The position numbers and the translations under genes were made by a program. The notes below the pieces were generated by a model. The model ran no database searches and was not told the DNA's origin. It worked only from the letters and a program-made list of their open reading frames with translations. A stretch of DNA of 64,000 nucleotides from Amoebophrya sp. A120. Taxonomy: Eukaryota; Protista; Dinoflagellata. Positions 49,501 to 61,500 of the stretch are shown here, in pieces. Location of the stretch: contig CAJINV010000006.1 in assembly GCA_905178155.1 (NCBI GenBank), positions 3,501,402-3,565,401 on the forward strand. The letters run 5' to 3'. The first letter of the stretch is position 1; the number at the start of each line of letters is the position of its first letter.

Positions 49501-52500
49501 TTCCAGACCGAGACATTTTTACAGTTGATATTCTCATTCCCAGAACCGTCCCCCACAAGATTGTCGTCTTCCAGCCTGAGCTGATCCAGCCCGGTGTCGC
49601 TGCTGTGATCTACCAAATCCTCGATGCCCGGTTCCGAAAACACATGCGAATTCACAAACAGCGCCGCCTGTTTCCGGACTTTCACTGTTCGGCCGCAAAA
49701 GACCAAGCACACCACCGCGTCAAACTCGGTATCGGTCAGGAATCGCTCCGCGATCCACCGGAGGGTAACGGTCCTGACCGCCTGTATCGCGACTTTCTCC
49801 TCGACGTCGCCACACCGTTCTTTGGTATCCAACGCGAATGTTTGAGTTTGTTGTATCGCACAAGCACGAATTGCGAAAATACTGCATGAAAAATTGCTGT
49901 TCTCAAACTTATTCAGCATGACAAACTGCATCTCTTTTCATCAGTGCGGGATGAATCGAAATCTTTCTTCTGATGCAAAAATTTGTGCTTGTGCTATACA
50001 TTACCTCCATTTGCGAAGATGCATAACTGATGTGTCTCATCGACTTTATAACCCGCTCAGGTGTTACAATCTCAAATCGGTTACCATAGAATATGGAAAT
50101 CTGTGATGCAAGAGTGCATGATCTAGCCAACTCTCATAGGATTGCGCATGACAAGTTCCGGAGTTGTGCCAAACCCAACTATAATCTGGCGAAATTTGTA
50201 TTGCAAAAGGTGGAACGCTGTGCGAGTCTGTCCTGCTCATCATGCAACACAAATTCCAGGTTCTATGGTAACCGATTTGAGATGGTAACCGATTTGAGCA
50301 AGTCATAGACTTTCGGATCCATTTTTTGAACATTTTTCTCGACTGCAACCGTTTCCAGAAGTGCCGGGGGCTATGAACTGCAAAAGTATCGCACTCGTAG
50401 TAATTGCAGTCATGCATTACAGATCTTGTTCCCAAGGCAAATCAGCATGACAAATTCCATTTGTCATGCTGAGCGAACTTGTATTGCAATTACTACTTAC
50501 TAGTACGATACTTTTGCACAGCATAGGGGCCTCCTTGCAACAACTCCTGGCGCTGCCGCTTCTTCAAAGCCAGGAGGGACTGGTTTTGGTTCTGCTGGTT
50601 CGGATCGTTGCATATCCTATGCCAAAGCATCGTACTCGTAATATTGCACTACAGATTACTAGCTCAGCATGACAAATGGAACTTGAAGAACTTGTCATGC
50701 GGATTCAGCTTAAGAAGTGGATTTGTAATGCATAAACACAACAGCTTGTACGAGTGCGATACTTGTTTTGCACAGCATATTGCTGTCCTCTTCGTTGTTT
50801 GACGTTTGGAAATCGTCTTCGCCGGAACTGTATGCATTGCAAAAGTATCGTATTGGTACTAGAAGTATGAATTGCATTTATTTTTGATGACCCAGCATCA
50901 CAAACTGAATTTGTGATGCGAATTTCCCGTAAGAGAAAGATTTGTGATGCATAGACGCAACTAGTAGTACGAGGATATTTTTGCAGTTCATAAACTGTAT
51001 CCCAGCTCCTCGTCGACGACCTCTTCCCCGTTGTTGCCCATCGTGAGAAGCTCCATGCGGCCCGGGTCATCGCCGTATTTTTCCTTCACCTGCTCGCAGT
51101 ACATTGCCATCGCTTCTCTATCTTTTTCGTACATTTTCATCTATGAACTGCAAAAGTATCGTATTCGTACAAATGCATTACAAATTTCCTCAGCATGAGA
51201 AATAAAATTTGTAATGCAGATTTGCCTTGGGAACCAGATTTGTAATGCAAGACCTGCATTTATACGAGTGCAATTCTTTTGCACAGGATATCACCCAATC
51301 TTCCACCATCTCCAGCAATTTCATCCGCACACCCGCGTCTGGATCAAATGCAAAAATGTCTGGGTCCGGAAGAATGCAAGGCTTTTCATGCTTGTCTGGC
51401 ATGACCCATGATGCTTGTAATGCATGACCCAGCATCACAGATTTGTGGAAGGCTTCCTGATGCCATTTCCGCATGACAAATAGTGCCCTCCTCGCGTAGC
51501 ACAAACGTGGCTCGTCTTGCTGGTCACGCAATACAGATTTTTTTAGAGTCCAAAGTTACTTCACAAGTTCCAACTTTCCAGACCCAGACTTCTTTGCATT
51601 TGATAATCCGGATCGACGAGTAAACACTCCAAAACCCGGGCTAAGTCCTCGTCGAAGAGGGAAAGATCCCTGCTGACCACCCGCTATGGCCAGAAAAAAC
51701 TGTGCCAGTCTCAGACCTGTTTGCAGACTTAGCAATACAAATTTGCAGACCATGACACGGAAAACTTGTGATGCGTGGTCAGTCTTCACAAGGGATGAAC
51801 CCACATAGAGAAAACGACTTTATTGTTCTTGCGTGTCGAGCATGACAAACTGTCTACTCAAGCAAGTTGCGCATTACAAGTTGAGACTGAAATGGTTTTT
51901 TCTCACGATACCCGCTTCATGACGCACACCGCTTCGAACCGGATCTTCTCGTTTTGGTCCTTCAGCCGGGTTATGAATTGCAAAAGTATAATCCCACTCG
52001 TATTGCAGTCGTGCATTACAAATTTTTATCTCAAGGCAAATCAGCATTACAAATTTTCTCTCTAATGCTGAAGAAATTTGTAATGCATTTATACGAGTAC
52101 GACGCTTTTGCAGTTCATACGGGTTTGCTTGAAATTCCGGAGAAGATGGTCCCTTGCCTTCACCAGTTGGTCCGATAGGCCGCTGTTCTCGGAGATTTCT
52201 TTCTTCAAAAAGTCCTTCCGAAGCGAGTTGCTGTTTTTTTCCTCGTTTTTGTACTGTTTCAAGGCTATGTCTAGCTGTTGCTCCAGATCCGCGAGGATCT
52301 TTGTGATCTCCGACAAAACCGACCCGGCGACTACTGTCGCCGTGTGCCGGAGGCAGATGTAGGGGCTCGCGTACAGGGCTTCGAGCCAGAGGATATGCAA
52401 TGCAAAAGCATCGCACTCGTATAAAAAATGCATTACAAATTTCCTCAGCATGAGAAATGAAATTTGGAATGCTGATCTACCTCAAGAAAAAAATTTGTAA

Positions 52501-55500
52501 TGCAAGACTGCAACACGAGCACGATACTTTTGCACAGGATAGAGGACGAAGTTGGCCAGAAACCCGGTTGCGATGAAATCCATGGGTTTCATATCACAGC
52601 AAAAAGTGTTAACGTTAACGGAATTTGTGATGCAGCAATGCATCACAAAAGATGCCGAGATTTGTAATGCATAGCATGCATATTGGGCGACATTTGTGAT
52701 GCATGCCTGCAATCTGTGAAAACCGTTAACGTTAACACTTTTTCCTGCGATACTTCATGTTGGCGGCGAGATTCGGAAACCACTGGTCGAGCTTGTTCCG
52801 GGCCTTCAAAGCGGTTTTCTTGTGCACGATGGCGTAGGCCTCCGGGGCGGGCGCGTTCCAGGCGAAGCCGCCTTTCAACGCAAGACGCTTTTTCGCGCGT
52901 TTCTGGTCCGCGGTGTAGAGTAGGTTGTCGCCAGCACCACCTGGGGTTTGGTTGTGATAGAGATCTTTATTTGTCATGCTGGTGCGGCTTTTTAAGATTG
53001 GTTTTTCATCATGCGAAGTATGCGTGGGTAATATCTTGCATGAGGAGCAACATGATGTGCGAGTAAGTAGTACATCAAACATGCAATTGCAGAATCATAT
53101 CGCAGAATTATACCGAGAGCGCCAGCACTGGTCCCTCCCAGAAGCTCGAGGTCCTCGATTGGTATGGAAGGAAAAATAATTTCAATCGACCTCTTGTAGC
53201 ATAAGGACGCTGTGATGCTGCACAGCTACGTCAAGGAGAAAGCACGCATCATGCAGACGACGTGAAATAAATCTGCAAACATAACACCACGGTCTTCACG
53301 GGAGATCAAGAAATCATGTGTGGGTCACTGCAATCACGAGCAGAAGCATCTTCTTGACTCATCTTGAATTCATAAGTTCCCTGCTATTTCTACAGCTCCT
53401 CTACAATCAATCTGTCTCTTCACAAAAAATTCTCTCCATACCCCCGCTCCCTTCTCCACCTCCGGCCTGCGCATTAGCCTGTTCTATGACGAACGCCTCC
53501 ATATCGAATGCAAAATAAGTAGCGCGCTCGTACCAATCGCAGCACTGCATGACAAATCGACTGTTTCTACCTAAATCAGCATTACAAATTCCATTTTCCT
53601 TTCTGAAAAAATTTGTGATGCAATCAATACGCAGTACGGTACTTTTGTAATGCATACTCCACCAGGTTCGGCAAATCCTCGACCCACAACAGCGGTTTCG
53701 TGATTTTCGGGATGTCCTCCGTGGTAACAGCAAACACGCCCAAGTATGAGAGTACACAACTCCCCCTCCTCCTCATTTGCATTGCATGAACAGCAATACG
53801 AGCAACAGCAGGAAAGGGGCTTTCGCATGACAAATCTGCATGCGGATTGTAGTACTATTTGAGGTACTTCCAAAATTTGTCATGCTAAAAAGGGCTTACA
53901 ACGAGCAAGGAGTAAATTAGGTACTTTGCATGACAGATCGGGGGGAGGGAGGGTTGTGCACTCTCATACTAAGCCACTGAAATCGAGGATAAAGGAAATG
54001 CAGGAGGAGAGCGCTATGATGGCTTGGTTCTTGTCCGAGGCAAAAGCCGCTGTTTTCAGGAACTCCTCCTTGCCCCAGATGGGGTAAACCGGAATGCGGT
54101 TGGAGGTGATCTGGTTGTCTCTGGTTTCCTTCTTGATTTTCTTCGGCTTGGTATTACAGTGAAAAATGCCCCCGCCCCGAAAGTTGCAAAAACTTGTGAT
54201 GCGGAGTTCACAAATGAAAACTTTTTGTCATGCATATAAACGGGCATGAATCTTTCTGCTGCAGGGTCTAGGTGTATACTGCATGACATGCATGCAGTCC
54301 ACTGAATTGTCGTATAGACTGAGTTGTAGCAGAATAGGAAAGCAAAGCGGAGCGAAGCTTACAGCGTATCGTATACCGAGCCAGCGTTTTCAAAGCAAGA
54401 ACACGACAGCAAGCGAATCCCTTAAAGCTCACCTTTTTGACCCTTTCGTCGTATATTTACCAAATCCCAAACAATGGCGAGCTCTCTGAATTGTCGCACC
54501 CCGAAGCAATTCAACGTAAAAAATCAATGCAGCTTAGCGCAGCCGCTCGATGATATAGCGCAGGGGAGCACCAGAAAAAGCTGAAAAAGTAAAAAGGTAA
54601 GGGATTCTGAGCAAGCGTGGCGTGAGCAGATTTAGAGAAAGACTCTGCGACGCGCAGCTTGCATGACAAAAATGGAAATGAGGAAGGAAAGCCTGTGCTT
54701 TCGCGCACGGAGCGCGATCTGTTGTTATCAGCGTTGCATCGGTAGTTGCAACGAGAACAAGATAAAACGAAGCAGAAGTTAACTTTTCTAGCGAAAATAT
54801 AAAGAACAGCAGAACGAGTACGACAATAAAGCAGACAATACGAAAGAGGCAAACTATACTCGAAGAAGCTAGTAGCTGAATGTGAAAGAAAAGGAAACAA
54901 TAACAAAACGGAAACAGTAAATGCAAAAAAACTGTGCGCGTGGGGTCTTGGAAGTGCAGCTGCCGGGCAGGTTGGTCGAAGCGGAGGCAACAAATCAACT
55001 TGCTTGGTGCGCTGCACTTCGTGCTGTGTCGATATCTTTTAAACAAAGGGCTACACAATAACTAAACGAACGTAGGAAGAAACAAAGAAGAACGACACAA
55101 ACAGAAGAAGTGTAGTATGAACCGCAAATATAGCTGTCTGAGCCTGGAGAAGTGCAGCACATGCTATGAGAAGCAAAAGTGGCAATATGATAAAAAAAAA
55201 GCGAAATAGCGTAAAGACACTTGCCCCGGCGCAATTTTCAACACAAGAAAAGAGACGAAGGGGCTAAGCTTCTACATTTTTAAACGCAGACAAGGACCGG
55301 CGACCCTCCGAAGCCGAAGACGTGGAGGCCATGCGGTGAAGCTTTTGCAGCTCCGGCGGGGCGCGCGGCTCGATTGCAGTAGTGCGCCAAGTTGTTGGCA
55401 TTCGCAGAAACTGGCCCCCCTGGAAGTTTCTGGTGAGCGCCAGCGGGATGAACACAACGCAAGGGCACCGCTGCGCACGCCACCACGCCATGGGCGCCGC

Positions 55501-58500
55501 TTCATAGATGCGCCAGATGATGCTGACCCCTGTGACCCCTTCGATGCGAATCCGAATGCCGCGCGTAGCAGCCTCGACCCGACTAACGGACCCGCGTATG
55601 TTCGTTGGGGTTTGTCGCGGGCCTGCCGTTTCCAGTTCAGCAACGTCGGCGTAGGCGTTTGTTTGCGGGTATGCCGTGCCACTTTGCCGCGGCAGCGTTT
55701 TTCTGTGTACCAAAAGCGAAAAAAGAGACGCAAGCAAGCCCGCTGGGTAGGACGGGTCTCTGCATGCAAATGGGCGCGCGGCGCCACAAAGAAAACGCGG
55801 CGCGGTAAATTGGCATGGCATAGCAATGGCAGTGAGCCCGTTCCGAAAACGCGTTCCATTGCGGGGTCCACGGCAACGACGGCCGAAAGGTCGCCCCCTG
55901 TTCCGGAAGGCGCTGCTGTAGCCGGGGGCCCTGCGGGTGCGCGTGGCTGCATGGGCGCCGAAGGCGGCACAGCGGTGGGCGGGACTGCGTTGGGGGGCGG
56001 CGGCTTTGGTGCCGCATGGCTTTCGAGCCCGTCGGGGCAGCGCTTCACATCCTTCCATGGGACATCTTTTAACGACGTCTCCCGCTTTTTGCCAGCTAGC
56101 ACGCCGTCGCTGCGGGCATCAATGCCCAGCGGCTTCAGCTTGGTAACGACGTACGGACCCAAGAATTTTTTTGCGAGCCCGGGGCCTTTTTGGCGGTTTC
56201 GGCACAAAACGCGTTCCCCAATTTTAAGCTTTTTGATGTCCTTGAGCCTGCTGGCATCGCCGCGGAGTTGGAAAAAGCGCTTCCGGTTCGTGAGCGCCTT
56301 CATTTTAAGGGAACTGCGCAGCGTGTTTGCGGCGGGGTCGCTTCCCGCGTTGTCGCTGCTGTCCGCTGCGTCGTCGCTGCTTGTTTCCCCCTGCCGCCCA
56401 ACCGGCTCCGCCACTTGTGCTTGCGGCCCGTTTTTCTTTTCTGCTTCTGCGCTGGCTTCGCTGTTGCCAACGATCTTCGGGGGCGCACGCGGCACGGGGT
56501 GAAGGGTGGCTTCGGTTACATCTCGCAGGGGCCGCAGAAACGTCGCCAAATGCCTGGCAGCCGGAATGCGCCGGCTTCTGGTGGTGCGGCGATTCAGGGC
56601 AGCAACGCACGCCGTGTGGTGTCGCACCCAATCGCCTTCCCCGCCCCTCTTTCGGAGCTGTTGCTTCAGTTGCCCACTATAGGACTCGATGGCCCCGTTG
56701 GATTGTGGATGCGCCCGGGGGCTCTCCCGGATGTCCGTGCGAAACGCTGGCCCCGCGGCGCTATCTGCCACAAAAGTGGCGCAGCGGTGGTCTCGGGTCA
56801 AGCACGTGCACTGGCTCCAGTCTTTGATCTTTTGCAGCTCGGTACCCTTGTCAATGTTCAGATGATCCGGGACCCCGTGCTCCTCCACCATATCCAGATA
56901 GGCTTGCTTTACTTCTTCGGCCTCGAAGCTTGTTAGCAGTTTGGAACACACGGCGCCGGTGGTGAGGCAGCACATGTTCAGACAACCGACGAACTTGGTG
57001 CCCACGTGTTTGCCGCGGTGGGCCGAATTCTCGCAAGGGGTGCAGATGATGCAATCTATTCCGGCCCAACACATATACATCGAAAAAGTAGCCCCCCACA
57101 ATAACCGCAGCGCGCCGCTGCGTGCAACACTAAAAAAAGCCGGCGCGCTCTGTGTAGCTTGGCGCCCTCTCTTAGATTTGCGCGCCGCGTGTGGTTGCGG
57201 TTACGGGAGGCGGGGCACTTTTCCACAGGATAGGCGAAGGGGCGCAGCGATTCGTTGGCGGGGTCCCCAAGCGCCGCCAGTGTGGAACTGGCGTAGCTGT
57301 CCTGCTGCCTTGGCGCCGTTTCTTCGTTTGCCGCGCAAGCTTCGCACGCCTGCACTGCCTGCCGGGCACTTTCCTTGAAGCCGCACCATGTGAAACCTAG
57401 TTGCTGGATGCCCGCCGCGGTCGCATCTACCCCCCCATGGGATCGCAAGTGGGCAAGGGCCGCGATGCGTTGCTTTTCAGGTTCGTCACCGGCGGGCACT
57501 ACCGTCAGCCAGTCAGGATACACCAAAAGCGCCTCCGTGGATTTGCGTCCGTAGCCCTGAAACTCCGCGCGGACCTGCAGCTTGCCAGTGCCTGGGGCCA
57601 GGCGAAAAGAACGGGCCTTGTCCTTCCACCACTTGCGCTGCCGGGCGGTGAGCCCCAACGCCTTGCAGGCCGCCCTGACGTCGGCAGCTGCCAGCAGCGT
57701 TTCGATCGTGTCATCGGGCAAAGAGAAATTTTTGCCGGCGTTCGACTTACGGCCCCGCTTCAAAGGCGGGGGCGCGCACTCGCTTGAGTCCGAAGCGCCT
57801 CCCAAATCGCCCTGCTCCGAATCGCTTGCGGCCGCAACAATCGCAGGCGGCAGCGGCGCTGGTGCATTCAGCTCCGCGGGGCGCTTTTGCGGAGCACCGC
57901 CGGCCTGCTTCGGTTCTAGCGCCTGCGGATCATCTCCCATCGATTGCTTCTGGGGCCCAACAATTTCGGCAAACGCGTCTGGCTTTAGCGCTGGCGCGCT
58001 CGTTTCCGTGCCCCGCTTCTGGCAACCCGGGCCACGAACCGCGGCCCCTGTCTCTGGTTCCTGCGGTGCTGCTTCCGCTTGCGCCGCCGGCCTCTCGCTG
58101 CTGCCTCGCGGGGATGCGCTGGGCAAAACGAAGGCGTCATAGTGGCGGCCATCGTACTGCAAGCGGATTTCCGTCGTGCCGGTTCCAATTTTTTGAAACC
58201 TTACGGCGGAACCGGGGGCGGGCTCGATGCAGATCGTGAGGCCCATCACCTGGGCGGCAGCTTCCAGAAAAGCGTGGCCAAGCCACACGGTTGCGGCTGG
58301 GTGCAGCAGCTTTTCCAACCAGGACAGCCACTGGCTTTGCTCCTCCAGGACGCCGCGCCCCGCCGGCTCGTCAGCCCCATACTCGCCCACCCAAAACGGG
58401 CCAAGCTCTTCGCTATGCCAATGCGCAACACACACCCCCCCCCCCTCCCCTTTTTTCCGCCTTTTGCCTCGGTGATTGGCGGGGGCCAAGCACCATCGCA

Positions 58501-61500
58501 CTCAGCTACTATATGCCCGCCCGCCTCAGAGCGGGTAGTCTCCGGCGCATTTTTGCCAGAACAACGGCAAGCCGCCGAAGAACTTCAACAAAAACCAAAG
58601 GGCCGGCAATTCTGTGCGGAACGGAAAACAACATCACAACTTTGGCCCGTCGTCTTTACAAAAAGAAGGGGGGGGGGCTGGTGGGTGTTGCGCGGTGCCA
58701 TAATCACGCTTCCCGGCCATGAAACCTTCCACCAGCTGCTTCACCTTCGGCATGCTGATACCCGTGGCCGCCGCAATGGAAAGAGGGCAACAGTTGCCGT
58801 TCCCCGCGATTTTTTGCAAAACCGCCTCCCCAGTCGTAGGCGCATCCTGTGCAAACCCCCCCCCCCCAAGATCGCGGCGCGTCTCTGTCATGCTGGTTGC
58901 AACACTTTCCCGGGATTTTTCGGAAAAATCCGGGGAAAACTGCAAACGGCCGACAAAACTCGGGCCCTGCGTTTGCGACAACGAGGGGGGGGCTATTTTT
59001 CTCCGCCATATTTTGCCGGGGCGGCGCGGCTGTGGGGCCCGCTCACGTTTTCCCCACGAATCCATTCCACCCGGCACACCCATCCCATTTTTCCCGGTTT
59101 CGGGTTCCGGCTGCCGGGAAGGCGGCCGGGCTGCCCCGCACGGTTGGCATTCGCGTCGCCGCCCAGGAGGGGCACCATCACGGTGCGAAAGTCTTTCTCG
59201 GCCTTTGCGCCCCCCTCCACCTTGTACCAACCCTGCCAACACGTTTCTGATGTGCGGGTGACAAATCGCCATATCAAAACGAAGCCCCCCCACCCCATAT
59301 CAGATTTGAAATCTGTCATGCAGATTTGTGGCCACAAATCAGCTTTGTCATGCTAAAACGAAAAAGACGCAAACTGTAGTGCTGGTTCTCGTGACAAGTC
59401 CTTGCATCTTCGGCATGACATCGGGCAGCTAGAAGTGCGAAACAGCATGACAAATTCGCTGCAAATGAGGCCGCAGCTGCGTCTCTTGGCCTTCTAGCAT
59501 TACAAGCCTGCCTGTGTACTCAAAAACCGCATCACAGATTTCATTTGCGCTATGGGGACAGGGGGTTTCCATTCTGATACGGCAGCGGTGGTCCTCCTTG
59601 GCCTTTTCCACCGTCGCCGGCGAAGCATTGTCGAGGTCGACCAGAATCCACGCCGAGTTGGTCGGTCGGAAAAAATAATGAAACGCCCGCCCCAATTGGT
59701 CTGGCCGCCACTCCCGGGGCACCAAGATCTGGTCCATGACGAGAGTGCCTGGGGAAAATAAAAGTGGAAAATAGAAAAGGAAAGCGACGCGGGAACGAAG
59801 ACACACATCACCAAGACTATACGAGCCTGCTCAAGCTAAAGAATCTCCGGCAAAAGCTAACAAAACCACCACAAAAAAGGGCCGAAAACAAAAAACGATA
59901 AGCGCACCGCCCCCGCCGCGCGCGGGCTCCTTTGTTGTTGTCAAAACCAACTTTCGAAGCCCCCCGATGTCCGGGCAAAACTTTAGGACCCGCGCCATGT
60001 CCGAGGTCAAGGCGGCGGGGTCCAGGTCGTCCGTCACCAGCCCTTCGGACGTGTAGCGGTATCCCGGGAAAACGGACGGCGATCCCAGAACAGGGGGGGG
60101 CGGGGGGGGAGTGTTGTTCGCGCGCAGTCCGCCGCCGCGCCCGCGTCCGTTTCCGTCCGCTTCGGCCTTGCCCGCCTCCGACTCGCTTCCCGGGTCGGAG
60201 TCCGCGAGCGAAGAAGCTGGGCCCGCGTCGAACTTCGGCACCGCTGCCGCCGGCAGGGGGGGCGGGGGGGCCTTTTCGCCATTTGGGCCCGGAGCACTGG
60301 GGGCCGGATCTTGTAACCAAGACACGTCCAAAACACTGCCCGCGCCGCTGTAGGGAAAGGCCGCCATCAGGTCGGCGTCGCGGGTTTTTTTGGCCACGTT
60401 GGCGGCAAAACTTTTCTGGCCCGGGCTGTAGGGCTGCGCCTCTTCCGACGCCGTCGCCAACATTCCTCCCAGCATGCTGCAACATCATGAAAAAAGCGCG
60501 CCCCAGCCGCGAAGGGCCGCCGGCGTCTGTGATGGGCGAAAATGCGAAAAAAAAAACGAAAACGCCTGCCATGCCTAACATGCTGCCCCTGCTTCGCTAA
60601 GACGGGGGCGCGCTTTTTTTCTGGGGGATATTTTTTCCTTCGGGTTCAACGCCTTCCCCAGGTCCCGAAGCTTGGCGAAGTTTGCCCAAAGGCGGCCCAC
60701 CTTCAGGGCCGTAAGCCGCAGGCGCCGGCGCTGCGTGTCCGAGTAGGCCACCCGGTCGCTCATGTCGATCCAGCCCGCGGGGGTCAGCCGCGGCGGAAAG
60801 TCGCCCGAATCCCCGAAGCAGAAGTCGGAGTCGTCCGCATCTAGAAAGCCAGCGGCCGCCAAGGCCTTGGCCCGGTCGTAATCGCCGCCCACCGAAACGA
60901 TTGCCATGGTTTGCAAGGCGAAATCGAAAAAATTGAAGAAGGAGAGAAACGCGAAACAAAGAAAAAGGTAGAGAAGCCAGAAACGTAGCAAGCTAGTGCG
61001 TTGCTGGTATTTTTTTTGCTTAGTAGAAGAGAGGTTTTTTGTGGTTAGCGCGCTCGTTTTTCGTCCGAGGTCGACAAGTTGTTTTCTTTTTGGGTAGTGT
61101 GTTCTTTTTTCGTCTGAACGGGACAAATTGAAGTTGGGCACTGTAATGAAAATGAAACAAGAAATAAATAGTATGAGCATCCGCCACAAAGTCCCGATCA
61201 TATGATTATCACGCGATTGCTCACATGATAGTCATGTGATTTTGGACCCCCATAAGCCAATTTGAATTGTTTCGATCACGTGATAATCAAATGATTATCA
61301 CATGATAACCGATTCCAGACGAAAATTACATCTCTCGCACCATATGACAAATCCCCCGTCATACTTACGCACGAAAAGCAAAAAACATGAACGAAACGCA
61401 ACGAAAACGGCAAAAGAACGAAGGCCGAGCGTATATACAATACGATGACAATTCAGATTGTGCGGAGCCATGCCGAAAAATAAAGTGAAAAAAGCAACTC

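Noticed and set aside
53407-54151. A separate small gene ending at 53407
   Set aside because: A phase-matched GT-AG intron (about 52942-53441) joins it to the STAG-domain exons, so it is the Scc3 N-terminus
55272-58501. Integrase as part of an LTR retrotransposon or Polinton
   Set aside because: No RT/RNase H, gag, aspartic protease, LTRs, polB, ATPase or capsid recognised; the element has short TIRs and intron-like tracts
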